A DNA stretch of 49,474 nt, the filler included, from Heptranchias perlo (taxonomy: Eukaryota): the NCBI RefSeq assembly GCF_035084215.1. It is 3 parts of 3 records of this genome, joined end to end, with 100 filler letters (N's around TTAATTAATTAA, not from the genome) between each part and the next. Parts side by side here need not be neighbours in the genome. Positions count along the whole stretch, not along the records: positions 30,060 to 49,474 come from NW_027139268.1; 2 more parts are not named here. The stretch is one strand, 5' to 3'. Both the position numbers and the translations under genes were made by a program. The notes beneath the pieces are model-generated. The model did no database searches, had not been told where the DNA came from, and worked only from the letters and a program-made list of their open reading frames with translations. Positions 46,318 through 49,474 of the stretch are shown here, one piece after another (positions within the stretch are counted from its first letter, which is position 1; each line of letters opens with the position of its first letter).

Positions 46318-48695
46318 ATGGTGGGATTCCCCCCTGTCTGTCTGGTGTTTTGGTCAGTCTGGGAGCGGTGATTGATGGTGAGATTCCCCCCTGTCTGTCT
46401 GGTGTTTTGGTCAGTCTGGGAGCGGTCACTGATGGTGAGATTCCCCCCTGTCTGTCTGGTGTTTTGGTCAGTCTGGGAGCGGTGACTGATGGTGAGATTC
46501 CCCCCTGTCTGTCTGGTGTTTTGGTCAGTCTGGGAGCGGTGACTGATGGTGGGATTCCCCCCTGTCTGTCTGGTGTTTTGGTCAGTCTGGGAGCGGTGAT
46601 TGATGGTGGGATTCCCCCCTGTCTGTCTGGTGTTTTGGTCAGTCTGGGAGCGGTCACTGATGGTGAGATTCCCCCCTGTCTGTCTGGTGTTTTGGTCAGT
46701 CTGGGAGCGGTCACTGATGGTGAGATTCCCCTCTGTCTGTCTGGTGTTTTGGTTAGTCTGGGAGCGGTGATTGATGGTGAGATTCCCCTCTGTCTGTCTG
46801 GTGTTTTGGTCAGTCTGGGAGCGGTGACTGATGGTGAGATTCCCCTCTGTCTGTCTGGTGTTTTGGTCAGTCTGGGAGCGGTGACTGATGGTGAGATTCC
46901 CCCTGTCTGTCTGGTGTTTTGGTCAGTCTGGGAGCGGTGACTGATGGTGGGATTCCCCCTTGTCTGTCTGGTGTTTTGGTCAGTCTGGGAGCGGTCACTG
47001 ATGGTGAGATTCCCCCTCTGTCTGTCTGGTGTTTTGGTCAGTCTGGGAGCGGTGACTGATGGTGAGATTCCCCCCTGTCTGTCTGGTGTTTTGGTCAGTC
47101 TGGGAGCGGTGACTGATGGTGAGATTCCCCCTCTGTCTGTCTGGTGTTTTGGTCAGTCTGGGAGCGTTGATTGATGGTGAGATTCCCCCCTGTGTGTCTG
47201 GTGTTTTGGTCAGTCTAGGAGCGGTCACTGATGGTGAGATTCCCCCTCTGTCTGTCTGGTGTTTTGGTCAGTCTGGGAGCGGTGATTGATGGTGAGATTC
47301 CCCTCTGTCTGTCTGGTGTTTTGGTCAGTCTGGGAGCGGTGACTGATGGTGGGATTCCCCTCTGTCTGGTGTTTTGGTCAGTCTGGGAGCGGTCACTGAT
47401 GGTGAGATTCCCCCCTGTCTGTCTGGTGTTTTGGTCAGTCTGGGAGCGGTGACTGATGGCGAGATTCCCCTCTGTCTGTCTGGTGTTTTGGTCAGTCTGG
47501 GAGCGGTGATTGATGGTGGATTCCCCCCTGTCTGTCTGGTGTTTTGGTCAGTCTGGAGCGGTCACTGATGGTGAGATTCCCCTCTGTCTGTCTGGTGTTT
47601 TGGTCAGTCTGGGAGCGGTCACTGATGGTGAGATTCCCCCCTGTCTGTCTGGTGTTTTGGTCAGTCTGGGAGCGGTGACTGATGGTGAGATTCCCCCTGT
47701 CTGTCTGGTGTTTTGGTCAGTCTGGGAGCGGTGACTGATGGTGGGATTCCCCCCTGTCTGTCTGGTGTTTTGGTCAGTCTGGGAGCGGTCACTGATGGTG
47801 AGATTCCCCCCTGTCTGTCTGGTGTTTTGGTCAGTCTGGGAGCGGTCACTGATGGTGAGATTCCCCCCTGTCTGTCTGGTGTTTTGGTCAGTCTGGGAGC
47901 GGTGACTGATGGTGAGATTCCCCTCTGTCTGTCTGGTGTTTTGGTCAGTCTGGGAGCGGTCACTGATGGTGAGATTCCCCCCTCTGTCTGTCTGGTGTTT
48001 TGGTCAGTCTGGGAGCGGTCACTGATGGTGAGATTCCCCCCTGTCTGTCTGGTGTTTTGGTCAGTCTGGGAGCGGTGATTGATGGTGAGATTCCCCCCTG
48101 TCTGTCTGGTGTTTTGTCAGTCTTGGAGCGGTGATTGATGGTGAGATTCCCCTCTGTCTGTCTGGTGTTTTGGTCAGTCTGGGAGCGGTGATTGATGGTG
48201 AGATTCCCCTCTGTCTGTCTGGTGTTTTGGTCAGTCTGGGAGCGGTGATTGATGGTGAGATTCCCCCCTGTCTGTCTGGTGTTTTGGTCAGTCTGGGAGC
48301 GGTGACTGATGGTGAGATTCCCCCTGTCTGTCTGGTGTTTTGGTCAGTCTGGAGCGGTGATTGATGGTGAGATTCCCCTCTGTCTGTCTGGTGTTTTGGT
48401 CAGTCTGGGAGCGGTGATTGATGGTGAGATTCCCCCCTGTCTGTCTGGTGTTTTGGTCAGTCTGGGAGCGGTCACTGATGGTGAGATTCCCTCTGTCTGT
48501 CTGGTGTTTTGGTCAGTCTGGGAGCGGTGATTGATGGTGAGATTCCCCCTGTCTGTCTGGTGTTTTGGTCAGTCTGGGAGCGGTGATTGATGGTGAGATT
48601 CCCCCCTGTCTGTCTGGTGTTTTGGTCAGTCTGGGAGCGGTGATTGATGGTGAGATTCCCCCTGTCTGTCTGGTGTTTTGGTCAGTCTGGGAGCA
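46318..48695. repeat. 57-bp minisatellite, about 41 copies
   Basis: Unit gatggtgagattccccc(c)tgtctgtctggtgttttggtcagtctgggagcggt(g/c)a(c/t)t, directly visible. Confidence 0.96.
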
Positions 48696-48796
48696 GCAAT
48701 GGCGGTGCTCATTACCCACAAGGCCGCGCGGCTCGGAAAGCGGTCCGCCCGCGGCCCCGGTGCACTCTGGGGAGACGGTCAGAGGCTCCGTCACGG

Positions 48797-49474
48797 AGAG
48801 AGAGAGAAGGAGAAAGGAGAGAGGAGAGAGAGAGAGAGGAGGACAGGTGAGGGGGAGAGAGGAGGACAGGTGAGGGGGAGAGAGAGGAGGACAGGTGAGG
48901 GGGAGAGAGAGGAGGACAGGTGAGGAGAGAGAGAGGAGGAGAGAGAGAGGAGAGAGAGGAGACAGGTGAGGAGAGAGAGGAGGACAGGTGAGGGGAGAGA
49001 GGAGGACAGGTGAGGGGGAGAGAGAGGAGGACAGGTGAGGGGGAGAGAGAGGAGGACAGGTGAGGGGGAGAGAGAGGAGGACAGGTGAGGGGGAGAGAGA
49101 GGAGGACAGGTGAGGCGGAGAGAGAGGAGGACAGGTGAGGGGGAGAGAGAGAGGAGGACAGGTGAGGGGGAGAGAGAGGAGGACAGGTGAGGGGGAGAGA
49201 GAGGAGGAGAGAGAGAGGAGAGAGAGGAGGACAGGTGAGGAGAGAGAGGAGGACAGGTGAGGGGGAGAGAGGAGGACAGGTGAGGGGGAGAGAGAGAGGA
49301 CAGGTGAGGGGAGAGAGAGGAGGACAGGTGAGGGGGAGAGAGAGGAGGACAGGTGAGGGGGAGAGAGAGGAGGACAGGTGAGGGGGAGAGAGAGGAGGAC
49401 AGGTGAGGGGGAGAGAGAGGGAGGACAGGTGAGGGGGAGAGAGAGAGGAGGACAGGTGAGGGGGAGAGAGAGGA
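48797..49474. repeat. GA-rich minisatellite (about 24-26 bp unit, gagagaggaggacaggtgagggg)
   Basis: Directly visible; runs off the window end. Confidence 0.93.

Overview
Repeat-rich vertebrate genomic DNA, most likely from a cartilaginous fish (shark). That assignment is inferred from the CR1/L2/Penelope/DeuSINE repeat content and the divergent immune genes. The window is not one natural contig: two identical artificial 100-bp spacers (N44-TTAATTAATTAA-N44, at 13871-13970 and 29960-30059) join three segments. Segment 1 (1-13870) carries the 3' nine coding exons of an intact + strand butyrophilin-like gene: IgC, TM, six phase-1 micro-exons of 27/27/21/21/27/27 nt, and a B30.2/PRY-SPRY exon. 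It is followed by an inverted pair of hAT-like MITEs. Segment 2 (13971-29959) carries exons 2-4 of DACT2 (Dapper2); exon 1 was not found. DACT2 intron 2 holds a small TSD-flanked Penelope-derived insert with an intact-looking minimal hammerhead ribozyme. Segment 3 (30060-49474) carries a single - strand MHC class I alpha1 exon. This exon lacks the classical peptide-anchoring residues and has a hydrophobic predicted groove (non-classical, possibly lipid-binding). Segment 3 also has many LINE fragments, a second hammerhead motif, large minisatellites and a few weak orphan-exon candidates. Most ORFs in the supplied track are repeat-derived or spurious.
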